Program-made: the position numbers and the translations under genes
Assembly: GCA_900551955.1 (NCBI GenBank)
Contig: UWSE01000001.1
Location: 5,813-69,812, forward strand
Source: an uncultured Mollicutes bacterium
Lineage (GTDB): Bacteria > Bacillota_I > Bacilli_A > UBA3375
DNA length: 64,000 nucleotides
Reading direction: 5' to 3'
Shown: positions 20,706 through 30,077 of the stretch, one piece after another
Layout: the number at the start of each line of letters is the position of its first letter
How positions within the stretch are numbered: position 1 is the stretch's first letter
Notes under the pieces: generated by a model
Databases searched by the model: none
Seen by the model: only the letters and a program-made list of their open reading frames with translations
Told to the model about the DNA's origin: nothing

Positions 20706-21437
20706 ATGAAAAAAATTACATTATTAATTGGTGGTTTAGTCCTATTTCAACTAATTGATATGGTAATTATCTATTTATATCCTGGTTGGCAATTTATATT
20801 ACCTACCCCTTTTATGGTTATAAATAGTATAATTACCAATTTTAATTCAATTATTACTAATCTATTCCCAACATTATTTATAACTATAATTTCAATAATT
20901 ATTAGTATTATAATAGCTTATTTAATTAGCTTTATCATCAAACAATATCGTGCTTATTATTTAATTAATATTTGTGGAATATTACAAATCATTCCACCAA
21001 TTTTATTAATACCGATTATCATTAATATCTTTGGCTTTTCTTTATTTAATACCCTATTAATTAATGTTATATTAAATAGTTTTCCTTTAATAAAATTAAT
21101 CAGTGCTAGCTTTTTAGAAGATAATTTATGCCAAGAACAATTGTTTACAACACTTAATGCTTCGTTAATCAATAAATACCGCTACTTATATTTACCACGA
21201 AGCATTAAGAGTTTATATCAAGGATTATCAATCACCATTACCTACTCACTCGCCAATACATTGATGAGTGAGTATCTAATTGGGCAATCTGGCTTGGGGC
21301 TATTATTTAAACATAGTATTAGTAACTTTAATATTAGCCTCGCTTTTGGAATAATAGTAATTGTTATTATCATTACCCTAATATTATTGTCAATGATCAA
21401 AACAATATATATGTGGAGCAAATATGCAAAAATTTAA
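20706..21437 (+). CDS. thiX: ABC transporter permease, ThiX-like (HMP/thiamine-precursor importer)
   Basis: The ATG at 20706 follows the SD aggag; the track begins at a GTG at 20691, which lies inside riboswitch P1. It is a multi-TM permease with an EAA-like loop (LNASLINKYRYLYLP) and sits under TPP riboswitch control. Confidence 0.7.
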   Translation: MKKITLLIGGLVLFQLIDMVIIYLYPGWQFILPTPFMVINSIITNFNSIITNLFPTLFITIISIIISIIIAYLISFIIKQYRAYYLINICGILQIIPPILLIPIIINIFGFSLFNTLLINVILNSFPLIKLISASFLEDNLCQEQLFTTLNASLINKYRYLYLPRSIKSLYQGLSITITYSLANTLMSEYLIGQSGLGLLFKHSISNFNISLAFGIIVIVIIITLILLSMIKTIYMWSKYAKI

Positions 21438-22344
21438 AACTTTATTACTCTTATCTCTGTTACTAATTAGTGGTTGTATTGCTAAAAACCTTAATCAAAT
21501 AACAATCGCTCTTGATTATTCGCCTAATATAAATTACATCGGTATTTATATGGCGATTCATCAAGGTTATTATCAACAAGATAATATCGATATTAATTTA
21601 ATTAATGCTTCTAGCATCTCAACAGAACAATTAGTTATCACTAATCAAGCTAACTTAGGATTTAGCTATAGTGAAAACTTATTGTTTAGTGACACAAAAT
21701 TACCACTAACTAGTATCTATAGTTTATATTCCCAAAACTTAAGTGGTTTTATCTCAAGAACCGACAAAAACATAACTTCGATTAAAGATTTTGCCAATAA
21801 AACTTATTGTGGTTGGGGAAGTGAAGCTGAGAAGAAAATTATTACCGCTTTAGCTAAAGAAAATGGTGTTGTTCCAAACAGTATTAACATTGTCAATACT
21901 GACCATAATTTCATTAATGACAATGGTAGTTGTGATATATTTTGGAGCTATGAATATTGGTCAAACAAACAAGCTAAATTCAATGGCATAGATTATAATT
22001 ATATCCCCTTATCATCATTAAATCTAAACTATTATACACCCATTATCATAAGTAAAGAAAACGATACTAATCCTTTATATTCTCTATTTATTAAAGATAC
22101 AATAAAAGGATTTGAGGATGCGATTAATGATCCTCAATTGGTAATTAATGTTATGCATCAATATGATCAACAAATTCCTGATCAAGTAATCATTGATAGC
22201 TTAGAAGCAATTAAAAATTATATTAATCCAACTGGTTATCAAGATCCAATTATCTGGGAACAATTATATAATTGGGCAATAACTTATAATCTTAAGCCGC
22301 AATCATTAGAAGGAGTATTTACTAATGAATACATTACAAATTAA
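21424..22344 (+). CDS. thiY: Substrate-binding lipoprotein of the NMT1/THI5 family, ThiY-like
   Basis: 306 aa with a lipobox (LISGC). The fold context is NMT1/THI5-like, and the gene lies between the permease and the ATPase. Confidence 0.7.
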   Translation: MQKFKTLLLLSLLLISGCIAKNLNQITIALDYSPNINYIGIYMAIHQGYYQQDNIDINLINASSISTEQLVITNQANLGFSYSENLLFSDTKLPLTSIYSLYSQNLSGFISRTDKNITSIKDFANKTYCGWGSEAEKKIITALAKENGVVPNSINIVNTDHNFINDNGSCDIFWSYEYWSNKQAKFNGIDYNYIPLSSLNLNYYTPIIISKENDTNPLYSLFIKDTIKGFEDAINDPQLVINVMHQYDQQIPDQVIIDSLEAIKNYINPTGYQDPIIWEQLYNWAITYNLKPQSLEGVFTNEYITN

Positions 22345-22972
22345 TAATTTAACAAAATTTATTGATAACGAGTTGGTTATTGATAACTTTAGCTTCGATT
22401 TTGGCACAGGAATCTATGCCATTTTTGGCCAAAATCATAGTGGAAAATCAACTTTACTTAATACAATTGTAGATAGTATTAAAGACACTAATCCCAATAT
22501 TAATTTAAATAATCTAAGTTGTAGTTATTTAAATCAATCAGGTAACCTTCTAGGATGGATGACTATCAAAGAAAACTTTGAAATGGTGCTTAAGTTAACC
22601 AATCAATCTTTAGAAATAAATAGTTACTTATCAAACTATCAATTAGATCAATATCTTGATTATTTACCTAATGAATTAAGTGGGGGAACTTATCAGAAAC
22701 TAAATATTTTGTTAACCCACTTAATTGATAGTGATATTATTTTATTAGATGAATCATTTAATGGTTTAGATATCATCAGTAAACAAGATATCTACCAATT
22801 ACTTAAATCATTATTAAATGACAGTAATAAAATTATTATTTTTACATCACATAATTTAGATGATATTACTCTATTAAGTGATACTGTGATATGTGTTAAA
22901 CAACCTTTACACGTTACTGATGTATATCATAAACCTTTTAATCAAGAACAATTAATAAAGAGCATTAAATAG
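22325..22972 (+). CDS. thiZ: ABC transporter ATP-binding protein, ThiZ-like
   Basis: 215 aa with Walker A GQNHSGKST, signature LSGGTYQK, Walker B IILLDE and an H-loop SHN. Confidence 0.72.
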   Translation: MNTLQINNLTKFIDNELVIDNFSFDFGTGIYAIFGQNHSGKSTLLNTIVDSIKDTNPNINLNNLSCSYLNQSGNLLGWMTIKENFEMVLKLTNQSLEINSYLSNYQLDQYLDYLPNELSGGTYQKLNILLTHLIDSDIILLDESFNGLDIISKQDIYQLLKSLLNDSNKIIIFTSHNLDDITLLSDTVICVKQPLHVTDVYHKPFNQEQLIKSIK

Positions 22973-22987
22973 TATTTAATGCTCTTT
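22957..22987. terminator. Hairpin terminator shared by the convergent thiZ and M15B peptidase genes
   Basis: The 14-bp stem aaagagcattaaat / atttaatgctcttt contains both stop codons. Confidence 0.65.
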
Positions 22988-23690
22988 ATTTTACTCCTAG
23001 ATATTGTTCTAGTGTTGTGTTATTATTCATGATTTGATTAGCTACTTCTTCTCCAACATAACGTAGATGCCATGGTTCATAAATATATCCAGTAATATCT
23101 TCTTTTCCTTCTGGATACCTTAGGATAAATCCATATTTAGCACAATTATCTTTAATCCATTGACTAGTAATTGGATCTTCAACTAATTGGCCATTAAAAT
23201 CTTTTAAATCAAATGTTAAACCGGTTTGGTGTTCACTAAAACCAGGTTTAGCTGAAAAAGTATTCGCTTCTTCTTCACCATGTTGATTAACGTAATTATT
23301 ATATAGTTTGGTTTGATATTGATATGAACGATATCCACTATAACTATTACTAATATTAATACCTTGTGCTTGAGCATCACGTTGTAATTGTTGTAACTTA
23401 GCTAAAGCGATTGGATCATCACCATTACCAAAAGTTGGTGGTAGTCCATAATCCTTATTAACTAATAATATCCCATTAATATAAGTAGGCTGAATTTGAT
23501 TAGGGTCCATATCTTTAGTTGGTGTCGGAATCGGATTAGTGATAGGTTGTTCTTGATTTACCTCTTCACTTACTATTTGTTGATTATTAGTAGTTTTAGG
23601 AAAAATTAATCGATATGTAGTAAATAAACAACCACTACCAACTATAAATAAAATAATTAATTTTATTAACTTATCTTCACTATGTTTCAT
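22986..23690 (-). CDS. D-alanyl-D-alanine carboxypeptidase, peptidase M15B (VanY-like), membrane-anchored
   Basis: 234 aa with an N-terminal TM helix and Zn-ligand motifs SEHQTGLTFD and EPWHLRY. Confidence 0.8.
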   Translation of the reverse strand: MKHSEDKLIKLIILFIVGSGCLFTTYRLIFPKTTNNQQIVSEEVNQEQPITNPIPTPTKDMDPNQIQPTYINGILLVNKDYGLPPTFGNGDDPIALAKLQQLQRDAQAQGINISNSYSGYRSYQYQTKLYNNYVNQHGEEEANTFSAKPGFSEHQTGLTFDLKDFNGQLVEDPITSQWIKDNCAKYGFILRYPEGKEDITGYIYEPWHLRYVGEEVANQIMNNNTTLEQYLGVK

Positions 23691-23716
23691 ATCTTTATTA
23701 TAACATAATCTTAATA

Positions 23717-23725
23717 TGCTATAAT
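23717..23725 (+). promoter_or_regulatory. Extended -10 promoter element (TGcTATAAT) for ssrA
   Basis: tgctataat ends 10 nt upstream of the tmRNA 5' end. Confidence 0.5.
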
Positions 23726-23735
23726 AAAGTTATAT

Positions 23736-24083
23736 GGGGGTGTCACGGTTTCGACAGGGACGCTGTTAGCTATTAACTGCATATCGATTGAGTACGTAAT
23801 ACTCACAATTCCAAAATAACTGGAAACTTTAATAAAAATTTAGCTGCTGCATAAGATAAGTCGGTAGCCATCATATTTTGGTCGTTCTAGCTTAAATATT
23901 GATGTTGGTTTGTAGAACTCGATAACTAATTGTATCGCTTAGTTATTTAAACTTTAGATACTCGAATAATAGTTTGATTGTTAGTTATTTGTCTATTATT
24001 CTAAATTAATTAACTAACTATATATGTAGACGTTGATAATTAGGTGTTTTTGGACATGGGTTCAATTCCCATCACCTCCACCA
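23736..24083 (+). ncRNA. ssrA: tmRNA (SsrA)
   Basis: The 5' end is GGGGGTGTCACGGTTTCGACAGGG and the 3' end is GGACATGGGTTCAATTCCCATCACCTCCACCA. This gives a tRNA-Ala-like acceptor with a G3:U pair and a T-arm. The internal tag frame is ...GGA AAC TTT AAT AAA AAT TTA GCT GCT GCA TAA (...GNFNKNLAAA stop). Confidence 0.9.
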
Positions 24084-24096
24084 AATAAATATAAAT

Positions 24097-24126
24097 AAAA
24101 GCTGCAATTACTTGCAGCTTTTTTCT
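24097..24126. terminator. Bidirectional terminator after ssrA and after the convergent mrp-like gene
   Basis: The stem aaaagctgcaa / ttgcagctttt has a ttac loop and a following T-run. Confidence 0.75.
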
Positions 24127-24962
24127 ATCATATTTTTAATTAATAATAAATTATGGTCATCATTATTGATTTCCAATTCACCTTTAATTAATGGTTTGAT
24201 TTGATTTAGATAATCTTGACCATAAATATATAGTTTTTCATTATTATAATTGTAGTATGATTGATTAATAATATATCCAAAACAATTAAATCCTAATTGA
24301 TTAGCTAGTTGATGACTACGTAAAGATACTTTTTGATCTAATATTTTTGGCGTTGTTACTAAATAACAACTAACATTACTATAATATTGATTGATATTTA
24401 AAACAATGTCACCTGTTGTTGGTGGAGTATCAAGTATGACTAAATCATATTTACGATAGTCAATATGATTAATCATTAAGTCCATTAATTGACTTAACTT
24501 AGGTCCACGCCAAATAATCGCTTCATTTTGTAAGTCTTTAATAAAGTATTGAGCAGAGATTATATCTAAATTATCATCATATTTAATTGGCATTAATTGA
24601 TCATCAATCATTTTTATCTCTTCAAAACAATTAAAGATTTCTGGAATTGAGTAACCATAAATGTCTAAGTCAAGCAATAATACTTTTTTATCTTCACTAT
24701 AAGCTTTAGCTAAGAGTGAAGTTACATAACTTTTACCTACTCCACCTTTTCCTGACATTACTGCCAAGACATCAACGTCATGACGTTTATGATCTACTTT
24801 AATATTTACATCTAAATTATGTGCTTTTAAAGTTGTTTGTAAATGGCGCATTGTTGTGATATCAATACTTTTATCAACGATTATTTCTATCGGTGTTTCT
24901 TTATCATAAATGGCAATAATATAATCTTGATATGTTTCTAAAAATGGATATTTATTAAACAT
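24108..24962 (-). CDS. Mrp/NBP35-family P-loop ATPase (iron-sulfur cluster carrier-like)
   Basis: 284 aa with the deviant Walker A SGKGGVGKS and the Walker B-like LVILDTPP. Confidence 0.8.
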   Translation of the reverse strand: MFNKYPFLETYQDYIIAIYDKETPIEIIVDKSIDITTMRHLQTTLKAHNLDVNIKVDHKRHDVDVLAVMSGKGGVGKSYVTSLLAKAYSEDKKVLLLDLDIYGYSIPEIFNCFEEIKMIDDQLMPIKYDDNLDIISAQYFIKDLQNEAIIWRGPKLSQLMDLMINHIDYRKYDLVILDTPPTTGDIVLNINQYYSNVSCYLVTTPKILDQKVSLRSHQLANQLGFNCFGYIINQSYYNYNNEKLYIYGQDYLNQIKPLIKGELEINNDDHNLLLIKNMIEKSCK

Positions 24963-26005
24963 TATACAACCTTAAATGGATTAATGTCCGTTTGCGCATA
25001 GATGACCTGACAATCAAGAATTGTGCTCAAAATATCTTTCATCTTATATTTAAAAATTACTTCAGCATAGTGATTAATATCAATCACAACTATTCCTAAT
25101 TCTTTTGCAAGTTGGGCATCATGATATTTAATATCACCTGTAATTAAACAATCACAACCAGCTTGGTGGGCTTTAGTAATAAATTCTGCTCCACTTCCAC
25201 CAATTACAGCAACTTTCTTAATTATTTTATTTTCATCACCAATTAAGTTAGTAGGTGTGTTAAATGTTCTTTTTAGTTTTTTAGCAAAATTAATGGCTTT
25301 AGATGGTCTAATTGAACCGACTCTTCCTAGTCCTAAATAAATAGAAGGCGCTTTAATTGGTGTAATTACATAATCAGTAAAACCATTTTCTTCTAATATA
25401 GATTTAACATTATTTAAATCGGCAGATAAAATACAACAATCTACTCGAATTTTCATATTATTATCATTAATAATTTTCATGGTATTAAAAGCATTATCAA
25501 ATAAATCAAGACTTGCACTTGTTAATGCTCCAGGATTAATTGCACATCCTTGTAATAGATATTTAACTCGATCAACAATATCTAAGTTAACATCAACACT
25601 TACTTTAAGTAGAGGGACATCAATATCATTATTCAATTCATAAACATTATTTAACCCAATTGCATCAGCAAGCCAGTCATTCATTCCATTCACACAAACA
25701 TCAACATTAGTATGCATCGCATAGACAGCGATGTTATTTTGAATTAATTTATAAATTTTGTCATTAGCACTATTTAATGCTAAATTTTTTAATGGTTTAA
25801 AAATTAATGGATGATGTGTAATGATTAGATCAACTTTCTTCTTAATTGCTTCATCTACTATTTCATCAGTAACTTCTAATGTTGTCATTACTTTTTTAAT
25901 ATTATCATTAGGATTACCAATTTGTAATCCTACGTTATCCCAATTTTCTGCTACACTTTCTGGATATAATTTATTGATTTGTTCAATAATGTAAGTTAAT
26001 GTCAT
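24962..26005 (-). CDS. Nif3-like dinuclear metal centre protein (YqfO family)
   Basis: 347 aa with the motifs THHPLIFKP, MHTN and NHY..E, and an inserted middle domain. The trmK-yqfO order matches Bacillus. Confidence 0.85.
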   Translation of the reverse strand: MTLTYIIEQINKLYPESVAENWDNVGLQIGNPNDNIKKVMTTLEVTDEIVDEAIKKKVDLIITHHPLIFKPLKNLALNSANDKIYKLIQNNIAVYAMHTNVDVCVNGMNDWLADAIGLNNVYELNNDIDVPLLKVSVDVNLDIVDRVKYLLQGCAINPGALTSASLDLFDNAFNTMKIINDNNMKIRVDCCILSADLNNVKSILEENGFTDYVITPIKAPSIYLGLGRVGSIRPSKAINFAKKLKRTFNTPTNLIGDENKIIKKVAVIGGSGAEFITKAHQAGCDCLITGDIKYHDAQLAKELGIVVIDINHYAEVIFKYKMKDILSTILDCQVIYAQTDINPFKVV

Positions 26006-26622
26006 TATTCCTCCTGACTTAAGTATTGATATTCTACTAATAATTCATCACTTAAAGGGTGTTTTTTGTTTATCTCTTGTAGTTGTAATAAACGCTTATT
26101 TCTCATCATCTTAATATTATCATCATTACCTCTTCCAACATATATTTCTTTATCAGTATATGTATTAGGATTAGGGGTAATGACTAAATAAGCATAATCC
26201 TTATCTCGTTCACTTACTACACTTTCATAACTAATTTCTAAGTTTTTAGCTTGTAAATATTGTCTTAAACTAATTACATGATTATTTGGTTGTAAGATCA
26301 ATTGGGTAAATGGTTGGGATAAATTATCAATAATGTTGATAATTTCTTTTCCCCCCATTCCAGCAATGACAATATCTACTCCTTCATTAGTAACTTGATA
26401 ATCAAGTCCATTAGTTAAGACAAATTTGGTCTTATCTAATAGTTGAGCTTGCTTAACTGTGCGATAACCACTAAGTAGTGGTTCAACATTAATATCGCAC
26501 ACATATGCTAAATCAACTATATTATTAGCTAAGGCTAATTTAGGTAAGTAAGCATGGTCACTACCGATATCAATTACGGTTCTACTTTTAAGTAAACCAA
26601 TTAATGTCTCTAGTCTTTTCAT
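26005..26622 (-). CDS. trmK: tRNA (adenine22-N1)-methyltransferase
   Basis: 205 aa with the motif IDIGSDHAYLP, positioned immediately downstream of sigA. Confidence 0.8.
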   Translation of the reverse strand: MKRLETLIGLLKSRTVIDIGSDHAYLPKLALANNIVDLAYVCDINVEPLLSGYRTVKQAQLLDKTKFVLTNGLDYQVTNEGVDIVIAGMGGKEIINIIDNLSQPFTQLILQPNNHVISLRQYLQAKNLEISYESVVSERDKDYAYLVITPNPNTYTDKEIYVGRGNDDNIKMMRNKRLLQLQEINKKHPLSDELLVEYQYLSQEE

Positions 26623-26623
26623 G

Positions 26624-28408
26624 TTATTTTAAAAATAAATCTAATTCTTTTTGTTGGACAACACTCTTTAACTTACGTTTACCACGATTTTCAATTTGAC
26701 GAATACGTTCACGAGTAACATTAAAGACTAATCCCACTTGTTCTAGTGTTAAAGGCTTGACAATTCCTTCTGTCATATCATACACATCTTCTAAGCGTTC
26801 AATACGTTCTTCTGTATTTAAAATAACTTGGTCTAAGTGTTGTAAGTTTTGACTTTTAATTTCTTCTAAGTGTTGTTTTGCTTTCTCAACAGCTTGTTTA
26901 ATTTCTTCGTTTTGCTCTTCTTGGTTTTCATAAGATTCTAAGTTAGTAACAATTTGATCATAGTGAGCATTATTATTTTTAAGACGTTTTAAAATTATAT
27001 CTTTTTGTGCTTGAGTTAAAGTGTTAGTTAATTGGACAATAGTTTCTACATCTTTTGAATTAATACGATTTTCTTTTAACCCATCACGTACATAAATAGC
27101 CATTCTAATTAATAATTGGAATGATTCAAAGTTAAAGTCATATAATCCATAACGATATAATAAAACATCTCCTTCTTGAGGTGGTAATTCATAAATTAAA
27201 CCAATTAATATTTGGTGTAATTCTTTATCTTCAGCTTCATGCGCTTGATCAACATTTTTATTATCTTCAATAAATGCTTCTAATGCTGAATTATCTTCAC
27301 CAACTGGCATTTCAAGTGGAATTGGATCACGAGAAATATCAAAAATATGTTCTACTTGCTCAGCAGTCATTTGGGGACTTACAGCTTGTCCAATTTCTTC
27401 TAAAGTTGGTTCTTGTCCATTTTGTTGTAATAATTCACGTTGAGCTTTAGCCACTTTATTAATTGTTTCTACCATGTGCACAGGGACACGAATTACTTTT
27501 GATTTATCAGCTAATCCACGCGTAATCCCTTGACGAATCCACCAAGTGGCATAAGTTGAAAACTTAAATCCAGCATCAACATCAAATTTTTGAATCGCCT
27601 TTTCTAAACCAAGCATTCCTTCCATCACTAAGTCAATTAAATCCATCCCACGATTTAAATGTTTTTTAGCAATACTTACAACTAAACGTTTATTAGAAAG
27701 AATCAATAATTCACGAGCATCTTCGTATGCTTCTTGTTCTTTAATCGTAAGTTTTTTACCACTTTCCATTTTTCGTCGATATTTATCAATTGTTCTTGTC
27801 ACTTCATGTTCTTTTTCGATTGACAATAATGGATAATCATTAATTGTTGATAAGAAATTTTTAATTTCATCATAATTTTGATTTTTGCTTCCACCTTTAA
27901 GAATCGATTCAATATTATAATCAATCTCTTCTTCTCCAGCTGCTAATTCAACATTTCTCAATTCCATTAAACTAGAAATTAATTTATCGTTTGTATAATT
28001 GATTGCAATATTTTTTAATTCTAATTGTTTTTCAATTTTAATAAACATTTCTTTTGGATAGTTTTGATCAAAAGCTTTTGATAATTGTAAAGATATTGTA
28101 GTATCGTCAATTAAGTTATTTGATTGACGAGCTAACTTAATTAAGTCTTTAATTACGCCATCTAACTTTTTAATCTCACTTTTCTTAAAGGTTTTTACTT
28201 TTGCTTCTTTTTTAGCAGTTGTTTTTTTAGTTGTAGTTTTCTTTTTACTAATTAATTTTTCTACTTTAGTTTGTTTTTCAACGATTTCTTCATCATGAGA
28301 TTCTAATAAATTAATTAACTCTTTTTTACGAGCCATTGAACGGAATTCAATTTTTCTTTTCTTTAATAATTTTTGTAATTCTTCAATACGCAATTTTTTA
28401 TAATCCAT
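26624..28408 (-). CDS. sigA: Primary RNA polymerase sigma factor (SigA/RpoD), atypically long
   Basis: 594 aa. Region 2 is LVVSIAKKH...FSTYATWWIRQGITR. Region 3 is VPVHMVETINK. Region 4.1 is DVLLYRYGL and region 4.2 is TLEQVGLVFNVTRERIRQIE. Regions 4.1 and 4.2 are separated by about 130 aa (see findings). Confidence 0.9.
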   Translation of the reverse strand: MDYKKLRIEELQKLLKKRKIEFRSMARKKELINLLESHDEEIVEKQTKVEKLISKKKTTTKKTTAKKEAKVKTFKKSEIKKLDGVIKDLIKLARQSNNLIDDTTISLQLSKAFDQNYPKEMFIKIEKQLELKNIAINYTNDKLISSLMELRNVELAAGEEEIDYNIESILKGGSKNQNYDEIKNFLSTINDYPLLSIEKEHEVTRTIDKYRRKMESGKKLTIKEQEAYEDARELLILSNKRLVVSIAKKHLNRGMDLIDLVMEGMLGLEKAIQKFDVDAGFKFSTYATWWIRQGITRGLADKSKVIRVPVHMVETINKVAKAQRELLQQNGQEPTLEEIGQAVSPQMTAEQVEHIFDISRDPIPLEMPVGEDNSALEAFIEDNKNVDQAHEAEDKELHQILIGLIYELPPQEGDVLLYRYGLYDFNFESFQLLIRMAIYVRDGLKENRINSKDVETIVQLTNTLTQAQKDIILKRLKNNNAHYDQIVTNLESYENQEEQNEEIKQAVEKAKQHLEEIKSQNLQHLDQVILNTEERIERLEDVYDMTEGIVKPLTLEQVGLVFNVTRERIRQIENRGKRKLKSVVQQKELDLFLK

Positions 28409-30077
28409 TATTAACTCCTTGATTCATCCACACAAAAGTTTTTTCTTCTTCTTTTGGTTTATTAACAATTGCTTCTATTTTTGTTTCGTCAAATTGCACA
28501 CGATATATTGCTTCTAATTCTTGATAGTAATCTTTATCACTATAATCAGAGATATAAGAAATACTTAACTCATCTACATTAGGGTGTTGCGCATAAATTA
28601 GTCCTAATTGTTTATATATTTCTAAGTATGTTGGATCGGTAATTAAATTATTATTTAATCTAAATTGTTCATCGACCCATAAATAACCTTTTCGTTGTAA
28701 ACATACTTTTAATAAGATTGTTTCGTCACTAACAGGTGATAGTTTACTTACAACGGGTTGTTTTACTTCATTAATTACTGGTTTTTCATACTCACTTTCT
28801 TGAGGTTGATATACAGGTTTTGTTACTTGAACAATATCATCTAAAAAACCAATAATTTTTTCTTCACTTAACTTACACATTTCACTTAATCGTGAAACAT
28901 AAAAGTAAAACTCATCTGTATTGGGGGTAATATAACGAAGTATCTCGACTATTCCTTCTTTAACTGAATCATAATTGTTTTCATCAATAGTTAAATGATT
29001 CATTTTAAATTGATGAATAGATATTGCATTATCGATTAAATCAGCTAATTGTTTTCCGCTTCTAGCATATTCATCAACATCTTTATAACCATCAAAAACA
29101 ATAACCTTAAGTTCAAATCCATTAGCTAATAAATCATTAGCAATACTTAAAGTAGTTTCAACTCCAGCTTTATCTTGATCTAATGATAAAATAATTTGTT
29201 TAACATTATATTTTTTTAATAATTTAATATGCTTATAGGTAAAACCTGTACCCATGATCCCAGCAACATTAAAGATCCCCTGCTTTTCAAAACTAAAAGC
29301 ATCAAAGAAACCTTCCACTACAATGATTTGCCCATTTTTTAAATTATCTTTTGCTAAATCAAAATTATATAAGATCGATCCTTTATCAAAGACAGGTGTA
29401 TCAGGACTATTTAAATACTTAGGGTCTTGTTTGTCCGAAATAGCTCTTCCTGAAAAACCAACACATCGACCATATTCATCATTAATCGGAATAATAATTC
29501 GTTGACTAAAACTATCATATTTAGCTTCCGGACGTTTTAGATGGGAATCTAATACGTCTTGATTGCTAAATTCTTTTTGCTCAACAAACTTTTGTAAATA
29601 GTCCACAACATTTAACTCACGACTACTAAAACCTAATTGATGACGTTCGATCATTGTTTGATCAATTTGGCGATCAAGCAAATATTGACGCGCTTCATCT
29701 CCTTGTTTAGTTAAAGTTAATGTTTGATGATAAAACTTTGTTGCTTGTTCATTTACCTTGATAATCGGATTTTTCGGCTTATTAACTTGATTATCCATTT
29801 TGATCCCGATTTGATTTGCAAGCATTTTTAACGCTTCATTAAATGAGATTTTATTATACTTTTGACGATAACTGATAACATTTCCACCGTTTTTACAAAC
29901 GAAACAATGACAAATCTTTTTCTCAGGACTTACCGAAAAAGATGGATTAGTATCATCGTGGAAAGGACATAGCCCTACAAAGTTATTACCTTTTTTGGTA
30001 AGGGCTATGTCTTTACTAACTTCTTCAACGATATCAACATTGTCAATGATTTTTTGAATAATGTTATCTCTATCCAT
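28398..30077 (-). CDS. dnaG: DNA primase
   Basis: 559 aa with the zinc ribbon CPFHDDTNPSF...CFVC, the TOPRIM motif VVEGFFD...DQDKAG and a C-terminal helicase-interaction region. Confidence 0.92.
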   Translation of the reverse strand: MDRDNIIQKIIDNVDIVEEVSKDIALTKKGNNFVGLCPFHDDTNPSFSVSPEKKICHCFVCKNGGNVISYRQKYNKISFNEALKMLANQIGIKMDNQVNKPKNPIIKVNEQATKFYHQTLTLTKQGDEARQYLLDRQIDQTMIERHQLGFSSRELNVVDYLQKFVEQKEFSNQDVLDSHLKRPEAKYDSFSQRIIIPINDEYGRCVGFSGRAISDKQDPKYLNSPDTPVFDKGSILYNFDLAKDNLKNGQIIVVEGFFDAFSFEKQGIFNVAGIMGTGFTYKHIKLLKKYNVKQIILSLDQDKAGVETTLSIANDLLANGFELKVIVFDGYKDVDEYARSGKQLADLIDNAISIHQFKMNHLTIDENNYDSVKEGIVEILRYITPNTDEFYFYVSRLSEMCKLSEEKIIGFLDDIVQVTKPVYQPQESEYEKPVINEVKQPVVSKLSPVSDETILLKVCLQRKGYLWVDEQFRLNNNLITDPTYLEIYKQLGLIYAQHPNVDELSISYISDYSDKDYYQELEAIYRVQFDETKIEAIVNKPKEEEKTFVWMNQGVNNGL

